DNA of 64,000 nucleotides from Escherichia coli (GTDB lineage Bacteria; Pseudomonadota; Gammaproteobacteria; Enterobacterales; Enterobacteriaceae): NCBI RefSeq assembly GCF_002854065.1, contig NZ_CP024147.1; one strand, 5' to 3'. Shown piece by piece: positions 48,753 to 64,000 of this stretch (position 1 is its first letter; each line of letters starts with the position of its first letter). The notes under the pieces were generated by a model. It saw only the letters and a program-made list of their open reading frames with translations, ran no database searches and was not told where the DNA came from. The position numbers and the translations under genes were made by a program.

Positions 48753-49949
48753 ATGAAGCAACTCACCATTCTGGGCTCGACCGGCTCGATTGGTTGCAGC
48801 ACGCTGGACGTGGTGCGCCATAATCCCGAACACTTCCGCGTAGTTGCGCTGGTGGCAGGCAAAAATGTCACTCGCATGGTAGAACAGTGCCTGGAATTCT
48901 CTCCCCGCTATGCCGTAATGGACGATGAAGCGAGTGCGAAACTTCTTAAAACGATGCTACAGCAACAGGGTAGCCGCACCGAAGTCTTAAGTGGGCAACA
49001 AGCCGCTTGCGATATGGCAGCGCTTGAGGATGTTGATCAGGTGATGGCAGCCATTGTTGGCGCTGCTGGGCTGTTACCTACGCTTGCTGCGATCCGCGCG
49101 GGTAAAACCATTTTGCTGGCCAATAAAGAATCACTGGTTACCTGCGGACGTCTGTTTATGGACGCCGTAAAGCAGAGCAAAGCGCAATTGTTACCGGTCG
49201 ATAGCGAACATAACGCCATTTTTCAGAGTTTACCGCAACCTATCCAGCATAATCTGGGATACGCTGACCTTGAGCAAAATGGCGTGGTGTCCATTTTACT
49301 TACCGGGTCTGGTGGCCCTTTCCGTGAGACGCCATTGCGCGATTTGGCAACAATGACGCCCGATCAAGCCTGCCGTCATCCGAACTGGTCGATGGGACGT
49401 AAAATTTCTGTCGATTCGGCTACCATGATGAACAAAGGTCTGGAATACATTGAAGCGCGTTGGCTGTTTAACGCCAGCGCCAGCCAGATGGAAGTGCTGA
49501 TTCACCCGCAGTCAGTGATTCACTCAATGGTGCGCTATCAGGACGGCAGTGTTCTGGCGCAGCTGGGGGAACCGGATATGCGTACGCCAATTGCCCACAC
49601 CATGGCATGGCCGAATCGCGTGAACTCTGGCGTGAAGCCGCTCGATTTTTGCAAACTAAGTGCGTTGACATTTGCCGCACCGGATTATGATCGTTATCCA
49701 TGCCTGAAACTGGCGATGGAGGCGTTCGAACAAGGCCAGGCAGCGACGACAGCATTGAATGCCGCAAACGAAATCACCGTTGCTGCTTTTCTTGCGCAAC
49801 AAATCCGCTTTACGGATATCGCTGCGTTGAATTTATCCGTACTGGAAAAAATGGATATGCGCGAACCACAATGTGTGGACGATGTGTTATCTGTTGATGC
49901 GAACGCGCGTGAAGTCGCCAGAAAAGAGGTGATGCGTCTCGCAAGCTGA
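48753..49949 (+). CDS. dxr: 1-deoxy-D-xylulose 5-phosphate reductoisomerase
   Basis: 398-aa ORF with N-terminal NADPH-binding GSTGSIG motif. Confidence 0.96.
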
Positions 49950-50134
49950 GGATAATCCGGCTACAGAGAGTCGCGCTATTTGTTAGCGTAGGGCTTCGGT
50001 GATATAGTCTGCGCCATCTGATCGTAAGTAGTTGGCTTTATAAGGTCAGGTATGCCGTGGTTTTACACGGCTTTTTTTTGTATAGGCTTCAGTATTCCTG
50101 AGTACCGTAAACCCTGTCAGGGAATAAAAAACGC

Positions 50135-50896
50135 GTGATGTTGTCTGCTACTCAACCACTTAGCGAAAAATTGCCAGCGCATGGCTGCCGTCATGTTGCG
50201 ATCATTATGGACGGCAATGGTCGCTGGGCAAAAAAGCAAGGGAAGATTCGTGCCTTTGGGCATAAAGCCGGGGCAAAATCCGTCCGCCGGGCTGTCTCTT
50301 TTGCGGCCAACAACGGTATTGAGGCGTTAACGCTGTATGCCTTTAGTAGTGAAAACTGGAACCGACCAGCGCAGGAAGTCAGTGCGTTAATGGAACTGTT
50401 TGTGTGGGCGCTCGATAGCGAAGTAAAAAGTCTGCACCGACATAACGTGCGTCTGCGTATTATTGGCGATACCAGTCGCTTTAACTCGCGTTTGCAAGAA
50501 CGTATTCGTAAATCTGAAGCGCTAACAGCCGGGAATACCGGTCTGACGCTGAATATTGCGGCGAACTACGGTGGACGTTGGGATATAGTCCAGGGAGTCA
50601 GGCAACTGGCTGAAAAGGTGCAGCAAGGAAACCTGCAACCAGATCAGATAGATGAAGAGATGCTAAACCAGCATGTCTGTATGCATGAACTGGCCCCTGT
50701 AGATTTAGTAATTAGGACTGGGGGGGAGCATCGCATTAGTAACTTTTTGCTTTGGCAAATTGCCTATGCCGAACTTTACTTTACAGATGTTCTCTGGCCC
50801 GATTTCGATGAACAAGACTTTGAAGGGGCGTTAAATGCCTTTGCTAATCGAGAGCGTCGTTTCGGCGGCACCGAGCCCGGTGATGAAACAGCCTGA
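50135..50896 (+). CDS. uppS: Undecaprenyl pyrophosphate synthase
   Basis: 253-aa ORF recognised as cis-prenyltransferase UppS/IspU (MDGNGRWA motif). Confidence 0.95.
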   Translation: MMLSATQPLSEKLPAHGCRHVAIIMDGNGRWAKKQGKIRAFGHKAGAKSVRRAVSFAANNGIEALTLYAFSSENWNRPAQEVSALMELFVWALDSEVKSLHRHNVRLRIIGDTSRFNSRLQERIRKSEALTAGNTGLTLNIAANYGGRWDIVQGVRQLAEKVQQGNLQPDQIDEEMLNQHVCMHELAPVDLVIRTGGEHRISNFLLWQIAYAELYFTDVLWPDFDEQDFEGALNAFANRERRFGGTEPGDETA

Positions 50897-50908
50897 TGGG
50901 GGTCGCTT

Positions 50909-51766
50909 TTGCTGAAGTATCGCCTGATATCTGCTTTTGTGTTAATACCCGTCGTCATCGCGGCGTTGTTTCTGTTGCCGCCGGTGGGGTTCGCCATTGT
51001 AACGCTGGTGGTCTGCATGCTGGCAGCGTGGGAATGGGGACAGCTTAGCGGTTTTACCACTCGTTCGCAGCGAGTATGGTTGGCGGTGTTATGCGGGTTA
51101 TTGTTGGCGCTGATGCTTTTTCTGTTGCCGGAATATCACCGAAATATTCATCAACCGCTGGTTGAAATCTCACTTTGGGCTTCGCTGGGTTGGTGGATTG
51201 TCGCGCTATTGCTGGTGCTGTTTTACCCAGGTTCCGCAGCAATCTGGCGTAACTCTAAAACATTGCGCCTTATTTTTGGCGTGCTAACCATTGTTCCCTT
51301 CTTCTGGGGCATGCTGGCGTTACGGGCCTGGCACTATGACGAGAATCATTACAGTGGCGCAATATGGCTGCTCTATGTCATGATCCTGGTATGGGGCGCT
51401 GACTCCGGCGCATATATGTTTGGCAAATTGTTTGGTAAACATAAGCTGGCTCCGAAGGTTTCTCCGGGTAAAACCTGGCAAGGCTTTATCGGTGGACTCG
51501 CTACTGCAGCGGTAATCTCATGGGGTTATGGCATGTGGGCGAATCTCGACGTCGCTCCCGTCACCTTACTCATTTGCTCTATTGTCGCAGCGTTAGCCTC
51601 AGTGCTCGGCGATCTGACCGAGAGTATGTTTAAGCGTGAAGCAGGAATTAAGGACAGCGGTCATTTAATTCCAGGACACGGTGGTATTTTAGATCGTATT
51701 GATAGCCTGACGGCTGCGGTACCGGTCTTTGCTTGCTTGTTGTTACTGGTATTCAGGACGCTTTAA
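50909..51766 (+). CDS. cdsA: CDP-diglyceride synthase (phosphatidate cytidylyltransferase)
   Basis: 285-aa polytopic membrane ORF; first codon in this frame is TTG. Confidence 0.9.
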
Positions 51767-51777
51767 CGGAAGGTAAT

Positions 51778-53130
51778 ATGCTGAGTTTTCTCTGGGATTT
51801 GGCTTCGTTCATCGTTGCACTGGGTGTACTTATCACCGTGCATGAATTTGGTCATTTCTGGGTTGCCCGGCGTTGTGGTGTTCGCGTTGAGCGTTTCTCA
51901 ATAGGGTTTGGTAAGGCGCTCTGGCGGCGAACTGATAAGCTCGGCACCGAATATGTTATCGCCCTGATCCCGTTGGGCGGTTATGTCAAAATGCTGGATG
52001 AGCGCGCAGAACCGGTCGTTCCGGAACTCCGCCACCATGCCTTCAATAATAAATCTGTCGGCCAACGAGCGGCGATTATTGCCGCAGGTCCGGTTGCAAA
52101 CTTCATTTTTGCTATCTTTGCCTACTGGCTGGTTTTTATTATTGGTGTGCCTGGCGTACGTCCGGTGGTTGGCGAAATAGCAGCCAATTCGATAGCTGCG
52201 GAAGCACAAATTGCACCAGGTACGGAACTAAAAGCCGTAGATGGTATCGAAACGCCTGATTGGGATGCCGTGCGTTTGCAGTTGGTCGATAAAATTGGCG
52301 ATGAAAGCACCACCATTACAGTAGCGCCATTTGGCAGCGACCAACGGCGGGATGTAAAGCTCGATTTACGTCACTGGGCGTTTGAGCCTGATAAAGAAGA
52401 TCCGGTATCTTCGCTGGGGATTCGTCCTCGTGGGCCGCAAATTGAACCTGTACTGGAAAATGTGCAGCCAAACTCGGCGGCAAGCAAGGCAGGTTTGCAA
52501 GCAGGCGACAGGATCGTTAAAGTCGATGGTCAGCCCTTAACGCAGTGGGTGACCTTTGTGATGCTTGTCCGGGATAACCCGGGTAAATCCTTAGCGTTAG
52601 AAATCGAAAGGCAGGGGAGTCCCTTGTCTTTGACATTAATCCCGGAGAGTAAACCGGGTAATGGTAAAGCGATTGGTTTTGTCGGTATTGAGCCGAAAGT
52701 CATTCCTTTGCCAGATGAGTATAAAGTTGTACGCCAGTATGGGCCGTTCAACGCCATCGTCGAAGCCACGGACAAAACGTGGCAGCTGATGAAGCTGACG
52801 GTCAGTATGCTGGGAAAATTGATCACCGGTGATGTGAAACTGAACAACCTCAGTGGGCCGATCTCTATCGCCAAGGGGGCTGGGATGACAGCGGAACTCG
52901 GGGTAGTTTATTACCTGCCGTTTCTTGCGCTTATTAGCGTGAACTTAGGGATAATTAACCTGTTTCCGTTGCCCGTACTTGACGGGGGGCATCTGCTGTT
53001 CCTTGCGATCGAAAAGATCAAGGGCGGACCGGTATCCGAGCGGGTTCAAGACTTTTGTTATCGCATTGGCTCGATTCTGCTGGTGCTGTTAATGGGGCTT
53101 GCACTTTTCAATGATTTCTCTCGGTTATGA
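51778..53130 (+). CDS. rseP: Site-2 protease RseP (regulated intramembrane proteolysis of RseA)
   Basis: Track ORF 51733..53130; start at [11 protein letters not shown] (450 aa); HEFGH zinc motif and PDZ domains. Confidence 0.95.
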
Positions 53131-53141
53131 GAGTTAGTTAG

Positions 53142-55592
<2,451 letters not shown>

Positions 55593-55713
55593 GTGTTCTC
55601 CACAAAGGAATGTAGTGGTAGTGTAGCGATGACTTTAGGCGATCAATATAAGATCGCCGGGCCACGCAAAGAACTGCACCCTCCGGTGCAAATGGGATGG
55701 TAAGGAGTTTATT

Positions 55714-56199
55714 GTGAAAAAGTGGTTATTAGCTGCAGGTCTCGGTTTAGCACTGGCAACATCTGCTCAGGCGGCTGACAAAATTGCAATCGTCAACATG
55801 GGCAGCCTGTTCCAGCAGGTAGCGCAGAAAACCGGTGTTTCTAACACGCTGGAAAATGAGTTCAAAGGCCGTGCCAGCGAACTGCAGCGTATGGAAACCG
55901 ATCTGCAGGCTAAAATGAAAAAGCTGCAGTCCATGAAAGCGGGCAGCGATCGCACTAAGCTGGAAAAAGACGTGATGGCTCAGCGCCAGACTTTTGCTCA
56001 GAAAGCGCAGGCTTTTGAGCAGGATCGCGCACGTCGTTCCAACGAAGAACGCGGCAAACTGGTTACTCGTATCCAGACTGCTGTGAAATCCGTTGCCAAC
56101 AGCCAGGATATCGATCTGGTTGTTGATGCAAACGCCGTTGCTTACAACAGCAGCGATGTAAAAGACATCACTGCCGACGTACTGAAACAGGTTAAATAA
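55714..56199 (+). CDS. skp: Periplasmic chaperone Skp
   Basis: 161-aa ORF recognised as Skp/OmpH. Confidence 0.95.
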   Translation: MKKWLLAAGLGLALATSAQAADKIAIVNMGSLFQQVAQKTGVSNTLENEFKGRASELQRMETDLQAKMKKLQSMKAGSDRTKLEKDVMAQRQTFAQKAQAFEQDRARRSNEERGKLVTRIQTAVKSVANSQDIDLVVDANAVAYNSSDVKDITADVLKQVK

Positions 56200-56202
56200 G
56201 TA

Positions 56203-57228
56203 ATGCCTTCAATTCGACTGGCTGATTTAGCGCAGCAGTTGGATGCAGAACTACACGGTGATGGCGATATCGTCATCACCGGCGTTGCGTCCATGCAATC
56301 TGCACAAACAGGTCACATTACGTTCATGGTTAACCCAAAATACCGTGAGCATTTAGGCTTGTGCCAGGCGTCCGCGGTTGTCATGACCCAGGACGATCTT
56401 CCTTTCGCGAAAAGTGCCGCGCTGGTAGTGAAGAATCCCTACCTGACTTACGCGCGCATGGCGCAAATTTTAGATACCACGCCGCAGCCCGCGCAGAACA
56501 TTGCACCCAGTGCGGTGATCGACGCGACGGCGAAGCTGGGTAACAACGTATCGATTGGCGCTAACGCGGTGATTGAGTCCGGCGTTGAACTGGGCGATAA
56601 CGTGATTATCGGTGCCGGTTGCTTCGTAGGTAAAAACAGCAAAATCGGTGCAGGTTCGCGTCTCTGGGCGAACGTAACCATTTACCATGAGATCCAGATC
56701 GGTCAGAATTGCCTGATCCAGTCCGGAACAGTGGTAGGCGCAGACGGCTTTGGTTATGCCAACGATCGTGGTAACTGGGTGAAGATCCCACAGATTGGTC
56801 GCGTAATTATTGGCGATCGCGTGGAGATCGGTGCCTGCACAACCATCGATCGCGGCGCGCTGGATGACACTATTATTGGCAATGGCGTGATCATTGATAA
56901 CCAGTGCCAGATTGCACATAACGTCGTGATTGGCGACAATACGGCGGTTGCCGGCGGCGTCATTATGGCGGGCAGCCTGAAAATTGGTCGTTACTGCATG
57001 ATCGGCGGAGCCAGCGTAATCAACGGGCATATGGAAATATGCGACAAAGTGACGGTTACGGGCATGGGTATGGTGATGCGTCCCATCACTGAACCAGGCG
57101 TCTATTCCTCAGGCATTCCGCTGCAACCCAACAAAGTCTGGCGCAAAACCGCTGCACTGGTGATGAACATTGATGACATGAGCAAGCGTCTGAAATCGCT
57201 TGAGCGCAAGGTTAATCAACAAGACTAA
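56203..57228 (+). CDS. lpxD: UDP-3-O-(3-hydroxymyristoyl)glucosamine N-acyltransferase
   Basis: 341-aa ORF with hexapeptide-repeat left-handed beta-helix. Confidence 0.96.
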
Positions 57229-57332
57229 CGTTCCATCTTTTGTTCGCCAAACTTTACGGCCTGTCTCATTCTTACGATTGCGGCAGGCCGTGTTATTATT
57301 GTCGTTTCTTATATTTTGACAGGAAGAGTATC

Positions 57333-57788
57333 TTGACTACTAACACTCATACTCTGCAGATTGAAGAGATTTTAGAACTTCTGCCGCACCGTTTCCCGTT
57401 CTTACTGGTAGATCGCGTGCTGGATTTTGAAGAAGGTCGTTTTCTGCGCGCAGTAAAAAATGTCTCTGTCAATGAGCCATTCTTCCAGGGCCATTTCCCT
57501 GGAAAACCGATTTTCCCGGGTGTGCTGATTCTGGAAGCAATGGCACAGGCAACAGGTATTCTGGCGTTTAAAAGCGTAGGAAAACTGGAACCGGGTGAGC
57601 TGTACTATTTCGCTGGTATTGACGAAGCGCGCTTCAAGCGCCCGGTCGTGCCTGGCGATCAAATGATCATGGAAGTCACTTTCGAAAAAACGCGCCGCGG
57701 CCTGACCCGTTTTAAAGGGGTTGCTCTGGTCGACGGTAAAGTAGTTTGCGAAGCAACGATGATGTGTGCTCGTAGCCGGGAGGCCTGA
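57333..57788 (+). CDS. fabZ: 3-hydroxyacyl-[ACP] dehydratase FabZ
   Basis: Track ORF 57240..57788; start placed at the TTG at 57333 ([28 protein letters not shown]..., 151 aa) in line with the known TTG initiation. Confidence 0.9.
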
Positions 57789-57791
57789 TAC

Positions 57792-58580
57792 GTGATTGAT
57801 AAATCCGCCTTTGTGCATCCAACCGCCATTGTGGAAGAGGGCGCGTCGATTGGCGCGAACGCACACATTGGTCCTTTTTGTATCGTTGGACCCCATGTCG
57901 AAATTGGTGAGGGTACCGTACTGAAATCTCACGTTGTCGTGAATGGTCATACTAAAATTGGCCGCGATAATGAGATTTATCAGTTCGCCTCCATCGGCGA
58001 AGTTAACCAGGATTTGAAATATGCTGGCGAACCGACCCGTGTGGAAATCGGCGATCGTAACCGCATTCGCGAAAGCGTCACCATTCATCGTGGCACAGTC
58101 CAGGGCGGTGGATTGACGAAGGTGGGCAGCGACAACTTACTGATGATCAACGCGCACATTGCGCACGATTGTACGATAGGTAACCGCTGTATTCTCGCCA
58201 ACAACGCAACGCTGGCGGGTCACGTATCGGTAGACGACTTCGCGATCATCGGCGGCATGACCGCAGTCCATCAGTTCTGCATCATTGGTGCGCATGTGAT
58301 GGTTGGCGGTTGCTCCGGTGTGGCGCAGGACGTCCCTCCTTATGTCATTGCGCAGGGTAACCACGCAACGCCGTTCGGTGTCAATATCGAAGGGCTGAAG
58401 CGCCGCGGATTCAGCCGCGAGGCGATTACCGCTATCCGCAATGCGTATAAGCTGATTTATCGCAGCGGTAAAACGCTCGATGAAGTGAAACCGGAAATTG
58501 CTGAACTGGCGGAAACGTATCCGGAAGTGAAAGCTTTTACCGATTTCTTTGCACGCTCAACGCGCGGTCTGATTCGTTAA
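57792..58580 (+). CDS. lpxA: UDP-N-acetylglucosamine O-acyltransferase
   Basis: 262-aa hexapeptide-repeat ORF recognised as LpxA. Confidence 0.96.
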   Translation: MIDKSAFVHPTAIVEEGASIGANAHIGPFCIVGPHVEIGEGTVLKSHVVVNGHTKIGRDNEIYQFASIGEVNQDLKYAGEPTRVEIGDRNRIRESVTIHRGTVQGGGLTKVGSDNLLMINAHIAHDCTIGNRCILANNATLAGHVSVDDFAIIGGMTAVHQFCIIGAHVMVGGCSGVAQDVPPYVIAQGNHATPFGVNIEGLKRRGFSREAITAIRNAYKLIYRSGKTLDEVKPEIAELAETYPEVKAFTDFFARSTRGLIR

Positions 58581-59728
58581 TGACTGAACAGCGTCCATTA
58601 ACGATTGCCCTGGTCGCCGGAGAAACCTCCGGCGATATCCTGGGGGCCGGTTTAATCCGCGCTCTGAAAGAACGTGTGCCCAACGCCCGCTTTGTTGGCG
58701 TTGCCGGGCCACGAATGCAGGCTGAAGGCTGCGAAGCCTGGTACGAAATGGAAGAACTGGCGGTGATGGGCATTGTTGAAGTGCTCGGTCGTCTGCGTCG
58801 CTTACTGCATATTCGTGCCGATCTGACAAAGCGTTTTGGTGAACTAAAGCCAGATGTTTTTGTTGGCATTGATGCGCCTGACTTCAATATTACCCTCGAA
58901 GGTAACCTTAAAAAGCAGAGTATCAAAACCATTCATTATGTCAGTCCGTCCGTCTGGGCGTGGCGACAGAAACGCGTTTTCAAAATAGGCAGAGCCACCG
59001 ATCTGGTGCTCGCATTTCTGCCTTTCGAAAAAGCGTTTTATGACAAGTATAACGTGCCGTGCCGTTTTATCGGTCACACGATGGCTGATGCCATGCCGTT
59101 AGATCCAGATAAAAACGCCGCCCGTGATGTGCTGGGTATCCCTCACGATGCCCACTGTCTGGCATTGTTGCCGGGCAGCCGTGGCGCGGAAGTCGAAATG
59201 CTTAGTGCCGATTTCCTGAAAACGGCCCAGCTTTTGCGCCAGACATATTCGGATCTCGAGATCGTGGTGCCGCTGGTGAATGCCAAACGCCGTGAGCAGT
59301 TTGAGCGTATCAAAGCGGAAGTTGCGCCAGACCTGTCGGTTCATTTGCTGGATGGAATGGGCCGTGAGGCGATGGTCGCCAGTGATGCGGCGCTACTGGC
59401 GTCGGGTACGGCAGCCCTGGAGTGTATGCTGGCGAAATGCCCAATGGTGGTGGGGTATCGCATGAAGCCTTTCACCTTCTGGTTGGCGAAGCGTCTGGTG
59501 AAAACTGATTATGTCTCGCTGCCAAATCTGCTGGCGGGCAGAGAGTTAGTCAAAGAGTTATTGCAGGAAGAGTGTGAGCCGCAAAAACTGGCTGCGGCGC
59601 TGTTACCGCTGTTGGCGAACGGGAAAACCAGCCACGCGATGCACGATACCTTCCGTGAACTGCATCAGCAGATCCGCTGCAATGCCGATGAGCAGGCGGC
59701 ACAAGCCGTTCTGGAGTTAGCACAATGA
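58580..59728 (+). CDS. lpxB: Lipid-A-disaccharide synthase
   Basis: 382-aa ORF recognised as LpxB; start overlaps the lpxA stop. Confidence 0.96.
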   Translation: MTEQRPLTIALVAGETSGDILGAGLIRALKERVPNARFVGVAGPRMQAEGCEAWYEMEELAVMGIVEVLGRLRRLLHIRADLTKRFGELKPDVFVGIDAPDFNITLEGNLKKQSIKTIHYVSPSVWAWRQKRVFKIGRATDLVLAFLPFEKAFYDKYNVPCRFIGHTMADAMPLDPDKNAARDVLGIPHDAHCLALLPGSRGAEVEMLSADFLKTAQLLRQTYSDLEIVVPLVNAKRREQFERIKAEVAPDLSVHLLDGMGREAMVASDAALLASGTAALECMLAKCPMVVGYRMKPFTFWLAKRLVKTDYVSLPNLLAGRELVKELLQEECEPQKLAAALLPLLANGKTSHAMHDTFRELHQQIRCNADEQAAQAVLELAQ

Positions 59729-60321
59729 TCGAATTTGTTTATCCGCACACGCACTTGGTTGCGGGTGTGGATGAAGTCGGACGCGGGCCGTTAGTTGGCG
59801 CGGTCGTCACCGCTGCGGTGATCCTCGACCCGGCGCGCCCGATTGCCGGGCTGAATGATTCCAAAAAGCTGAGCGAAAAACGTCGTCTGGCGCTCTATGA
59901 AGAGATCAAAGAGAAAGCGTTGAGCTGGAGTCTGGGGCGCGCGGAACCCCACGAAATCGACGAGCTGAACATTCTTCATGCGACCATGCTGGCGATGCAG
60001 CGTGCCGTCGCTGGGCTGCATATTGAGCCGGAATATGTGTTGATTGATGGTAACCGCTGCCCGAAATTACCGATGCCTGCGATGGCTGTGGTGAAAGGCG
60101 ATAGCCGCGTACCGGAAATCAGTGCCGCGTCTATCCTGGCGAAAGTGACGCGCGACGCCGAAATGGCGGCGCTGGATATTGTTTTCCCGCAATATGGTTT
60201 TGCCCAACACAAAGGGTATCCAACCGCTTTTCATCTGGAAAAACTGGCTGAACACGGCGCGACCGAACACCATCGGCGCAGCTTTGGGCCTGTCAAACGC
60301 GCACTGGGACTTGCGTCCTGA
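59725..60321 (+). CDS. rnhB: Ribonuclease HII
   Basis: 198-aa ORF recognised as RNase HII; overlaps the lpxB stop. Confidence 0.96.
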   Translation: MIEFVYPHTHLVAGVDEVGRGPLVGAVVTAAVILDPARPIAGLNDSKKLSEKRRLALYEEIKEKALSWSLGRAEPHEIDELNILHATMLAMQRAVAGLHIEPEYVLIDGNRCPKLPMPAMAVVKGDSRVPEISAASILAKVTRDAEMAALDIVFPQYGFAQHKGYPTAFHLEKLAEHGATEHHRRSFGPVKRALGLAS

Positions 60322-60357
60322 TTCTTGTGTCGAGATTAAGTAAACCGGAATCTGAAG

Positions 60358-63300
60358 ATGTCTGAACCACGTTTCGTACACCTGCGGGTGCACAGCGACT
60401 ACTCGATGATCGATGGCCTGGCCAAAACCGCACCGCTGGTAAAAAAGGCGGCGGCGTTGGGTATGCCAGCACTGGCGATCACCGATTTCACCAACCTTTG
60501 CGGTCTGGTGAAGTTCTACGGAGCGGGACATGGCGCAGGGATTAAGCCTATCGTCGGGGCAGATTTTAACGTCCAGTGCGACCTGCTGGGTGATGAGTTA
60601 ACCCACCTGACGGTACTGGCGGCGAACAATACCGGCTATCAGAATCTGACGTTGCTGATCTCAAAAGCGTATCAGCGCGGGTACGGTGCCGCCGGGCCGA
60701 TCATCGATCGCGACTGGCTTATCGAATTAAACGAAGGGTTGATCCTTCTTTCCGGCGGGCGCATGGGCGACGTCGGACGCAGTCTTTTGCGTGGTAACAG
60801 CGCGCTGGTAGATGAGTGTGTCGCGTTTTATGAAGAACACTTCCCGGATCGCTATTTTCTCGAGCTGATCCGCACCGGCAGGCCGGATGAAGAAAGCTAT
60901 CTGCACGCGGCGGTGGAACTGGCGGAAGCGCGCGGTTTGCCCGTCGTGGCGACTAACGATGTGCGCTTTATCGACAGCAGCGACTTTGACGCACACGAAA
61001 TCCGCGTCGCGATCCACGACGGCTTTACCCTCGACGATCCTAAACGCCCGCGTAACTATTCGCCGCAGCAATATATGCGTAGCGAAGAGGAGATGTGCGA
61101 GCTGTTTGCCGACATCCCAGAAGCCCTTGCCAACACCGTTGAGATCGCCAAACGCTGTAACGTAACTGTGCGTCTTGGTGAATACTTCCTGCCGCAGTTC
61201 CCGACCGGGGACATGAGCACCGAAGATTATCTGGTCAAGCGTGCAAAAGAGGGCCTGGAAGAGCGTCTGGCCTTTTTATTCCCTGATGAGGAAGAACGTG
61301 TTAAGCGCCGCCCGGAATATGACGAACGTCTGGAGACTGAACTTCAGGTTATCAACCAGATGGGCTTCCCGGGCTACTTCCTCATCGTTATGGAATTTAT
61401 CCAGTGGTCGAAAGATAACGGCGTACCGGTAGGGCCAGGCCGTGGCTCCGGTGCGGGTTCACTGGTGGCCTACGCGCTGAAAATCACCGACCTCGATCCG
61501 CTGGAATTTGACCTGCTGTTCGAACGTTTCCTTAACCCGGAACGTGTCTCCATGCCTGACTTCGACGTTGACTTCTGTATGGAGAAACGCGATCAGGTTA
61601 TCGAACACGTAGCGGACATGTACGGTCGTGATGCGGTATCGCAGATTATCACCTTCGGTACGATGGCGGCGAAAGCGGTGATCCGCGACGTAGGCCGCGT
61701 GCTGGGGCATCCGTACGGCTTTGTCGATCGTATCTCGAAACTGATCCCGCCCGATCCGGGGATGACGCTGGCGAAAGCGTTTGAAGCCGAGCCGCAGCTG
61801 CCGGAAATCTACGAAGCGGATGAAGAAGTTAAGGCGCTGATCGACATGGCGCGCAAACTGGAAGGGGTCACCCGTAACGCCGGTAAGCACGCCGGTGGGG
61901 TGGTTATCGCGCCGACCAAAATTACCGATTTTGCGCCGCTTTATTGCGATGAAGAGGGCAAACATCCGGTCACCCAGTTTGATAAAAGCGACGTTGAATA
62001 CGCCGGACTGGTGAAGTTCGACTTCCTTGGTTTGCGTACGCTCACCATCATCAACTGGGCGCTGGAGATGATCAACAAGCGGCGGGCGAAGAATGGCGAG
62101 CCGCCGCTGGATATCGCCGCGATCCCGCTGGATGATAAGAAAAGCTTCGACATGCTGCAACGCTCGGAAACCACGGCGGTATTCCAGCTTGAATCGCGCG
62201 GCATGAAGGACCTGATCAAGCGTCTGCAACCTGACTGCTTCGAAGATATGATCGCACTGGTGGCACTGTTCCGCCCTGGTCCGTTGCAGTCAGGGATGGT
62301 GGATAACTTTATTGACCGTAAACATGGTCGCGAAGAAATCTCCTATCCGGACGTACAGTGGCAGCATGAAAGCCTGAAACCGGTACTGGAGCCAACCTAC
62401 GGCATTATCCTGTATCAGGAACAGGTCATGCAGATTGCGCAGGTGCTTTCTGGTTATACCCTCGGTGGCGCGGATATGCTGCGTCGTGCGATGGGTAAGA
62501 AAAAGCCGGAAGAGATGGCTAAGCAGCGTTCTGTATTTGCTGAAGGTGCAGAAAAGAACGGAATCAACGCTGAACTGGCGATGAAAATCTTCGACCTGGT
62601 GGAGAAATTCGCTGGTTACGGATTTAACAAATCGCACTCTGCGGCCTATGCTTTGGTGTCATATCAAACGTTATGGCTGAAAGCGCACTATCCGGCGGAG
62701 TTTATGGCGGCGGTAATGACCGCCGATATGGACAACACCGAGAAGGTGGTGGGCCTGGTGGATGAGTGCTGGCGGATGGGGCTGAAAATCCTGCCACCAG
62801 ATATAAACTCCGGTCTTTACCATTTCCACGTCAACGACGACGGCGAAATCGTGTATGGTATTGGCGCGATCAAAGGGGTAGGTGAAGGTCCGATTGAGGC
62901 GATCATCGAAGCCCGTAATAAAGGCGGCTACTTCCGCGAACTGTTTGATCTCTGCGCCCGAACCGACACCAAAAAGTTAAACCGGCGGGTGCTGGAAAAA
63001 CTGATCATGTCCGGGGCGTTTGACCGTCTTGGGCCACACCGCGCGGCGCTGATGAACTCGCTGGGTGATGCGTTAAAAGCGGCAGATCAACACGCGAAAG
63101 CGGAAGCTATCGGTCAGGCCGATATGTTCGGCGTGCTGGCCGAAGAACCGGAACAAATTGAACAATCCTACGCCAGCTGCCAACCGTGGCCGGAGCAGGT
63201 GGTATTAGATGGGGAACGTGAAACGTTAGGTCTGTACCTGACGGGACACCCTATCAACCAGTATTTAAAAGAGATTGAGCGTTATGTCGGAGGCGTAAGG

Positions 63301-63840
63301 CTGAAAGACATGCACCCGACAGAACGTGGTAAAGTCATCACGGCTGCGGGGCTCGTTGTTGCCGCGCGGGTTATGGTCACCAAGCGCGGCAATCGTATCG
63401 GTATCTGCACGCTGGATGACCGTTCCGGGCGGCTGGAAGTGATGTTGTTTACTGACGCCCTGGATAAATACCAGCAATTGCTGGAAAAAGACCGCATACT
63501 TATCGTCAGCGGACAGGTCAGCTTTGATGACTTCAGCGGTGGGCTTAAAATGACCGCTCGCGAAGTGATGGATATTGACGAAGCCCGGGAAAAATATGCT
63601 CGCGGGCTTGCTATCTCGCTGACGGACAGGCAAATTGATGACCAGCTTTTAAACCGACTCCGTCAGTCTCTGGAACCCCACCGCTCTGGGACAATTCCAG
63701 TACATCTCTACTATCAGAGGGCGGATGCACGCGCGCGGTTGCGTTTTGGCGCGACGTGGCGTGTCTCTCCGAGCGATCGTTTATTAAACGATCTCCGTGG
63801 CCTCATTGGTTCGGAGCAGGTGGAACTGGAGTTTGACTAA
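60358..63840 (+). CDS. dnaE: DNA polymerase III alpha subunit
   Basis: 1160-aa ORF with PHP domain, polymerase core and OB fold. Confidence 0.97.
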   Translation: MSEPRFVHLRVHSDYSMIDGLAKTAPLVKKAAALGMPALAITDFTNLCGLVKFYGAGHGAGIKPIVGADFNVQCDLLGDELTHLTVLAANNTGYQNLTLLISKAYQRGYGAAGPIIDRDWLIELNEGLILLSGGRMGDVGRSLLRGNSALVDECVAFYEEHFPDRYFLELIRTGRPDEESYLHAAVELAEARGLPVVATNDVRFIDSSDFDAHEIRVAIHDGFTLDDPKRPRNYSPQQYMRSEEEMCELFADIPEALANTVEIAKRCNVTVRLGEYFLPQFPTGDMSTEDYLVKRAKEGLEERLAFLFPDEEERVKRRPEYDERLETELQVINQMGFPGYFLIVMEFIQWSKDNGVPVGPGRGSGAGSLVAYALKITDLDPLEFDLLFERFLNPERVSMPDFDVDFCMEKRDQVIEHVADMYGRDAVSQIITFGTMAAKAVIRDVGRVLGHPYGFVDRISKLIPPDPGMTLAKAFEAEPQLPEIYEADEEVKALIDMARKLEGVTRNAGKHAGGVVIAPTKITDFAPLYCDEEGKHPVTQFDKSDVEYAGLVKFDFLGLRTLTIINWALEMINKRRAKNGEPPLDIAAIPLDDKKSFDMLQRSETTAVFQLESRGMKDLIKRLQPDCFEDMIALVALFRPGPLQSGMVDNFIDRKHGREEISYPDVQWQHESLKPVLEPTYGIILYQEQVMQIAQVLSGYTLGGADMLRRAMGKKKPEEMAKQRSVFAEGAEKNGINAELAMKIFDLVEKFAGYGFNKSHSAAYALVSYQTLWLKAHYPAEFMAAVMTADMDNTEKVVGLVDECWRMGLKILPPDINSGLYHFHVNDDGEIVYGIGAIKGVGEGPIEAIIEARNKGGYFRELFDLCARTDTKKLNRRVLEKLIMSGAFDRLGPHRAALMNSLGDALKAADQHAKAEAIGQADMFGVLAEEPEQIEQSYASCQPWPEQVVLDGERETLGLYLTGHPINQYLKEIERYVGGVRLKDMHPTERGKVITAAGLVVAARVMVTKRGNRIGICTLDDRSGRLEVMLFTDALDKYQQLLEKDRILIVSGQVSFDDFSGGLKMTAREVMDIDEAREKYARGLAISLTDRQIDDQLLNRLRQSLEPHRSGTIPVHLYYQRADARARLRFGATWRVSPSDRLLNDLRGLIGSEQVELEFD

Positions 63841-63852
63841 TACAGGAATACT

Positions 63853-64000
63853 ATGAGTCTGAATTTCCTTGATTTTGAACAGCCGATTGCAGAGCTGGAA
63901 GCGAAAATCGATTCTCTGACTGCGGTTAGCCGTCAGGATGAGAAACTGGATATTAACATCGATGAAGAAGTGCATCGTCTGCGTGAAAAAAGCGTAGAAC
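63853..64000 (+). CDS. accA: Acetyl-CoA carboxylase carboxyltransferase alpha subunit, 3' end outside window
   Basis: ATG at 63853; [46 protein letters not shown]... runs to the window edge. Confidence 0.9.

Noticed and set aside
56470-58088. Minus-strand ORFs of 186 aa and 228 aa
   Set aside because: Antisense to lpxD, fabZ and lpxA; the hexapeptide-repeat genes create long open antisense frames by composition alone.
61459-62229. 256-aa minus-strand ORF
   Set aside because: Antisense within dnaE; no start context or recognisable domain.

Overview
This window is a contiguous Enterobacterial (Escherichia coli-type) chromosomal segment running from yadE to the start of accA. Almost all of it is conserved housekeeping sequence; I found no tRNA, rRNA, CRISPR array or prophage. 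Gene calls rest on recognising the translated ORFs and on the conserved gene order; nothing was searched or computed beyond manual translation. In order, the window holds yadE (5' partial), panD, rpnC, panC, panB, the yad chaperone-usher fimbrial cluster (yadC, yadK, yadL, yadM, htrE, yadV, yadN), folK, pcnB, gluQ, dksA, sfsA, thpR, hrpB, mrcB, fhuACDB, hemL, clcA, erpA, yadS, btuF, mtnN, dgt, degP, cdaR, yaeH, dapD, glnD, map, rpsB, tsf, pyrH, frr, dxr, uppS, cdsA, rseP, bamA, skp, lpxD, fabZ, lpxA, lpxB, rnhB, dnaE and accA (5' start only). The unusual content is concentrated in two places. First, the 3' end of rpnC carries a diverged tandem copy of its own C-terminal module, which forms a free-standing 69-codon ORF with its own ribosome-binding site; rpnC also has a strong internal ribosome-binding site and in-frame ATG pair in front of the same module. 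Together these look like a toxin plus small-antitoxin (RpnS-type) arrangement with an extra stand-alone copy, and this is my best candidate for something not yet described. Second, the AT-rich yad fimbrial operon is visibly decaying: a complete IS2 with a 5-bp target duplication splits the usher gene htrE, and yadM and yadV each carry a 1-bp frameshift. Smaller observations include a 17-bp perfect inverted repeat upstream of yadN, a sigmaE-type promoter at degP, a Fur box at fhuA, non-canonical start codons (pcnB AUU, fabZ and cdsA TTG, hrpB GTG), and an apparent absence of yaeI between yaeH and dapD.
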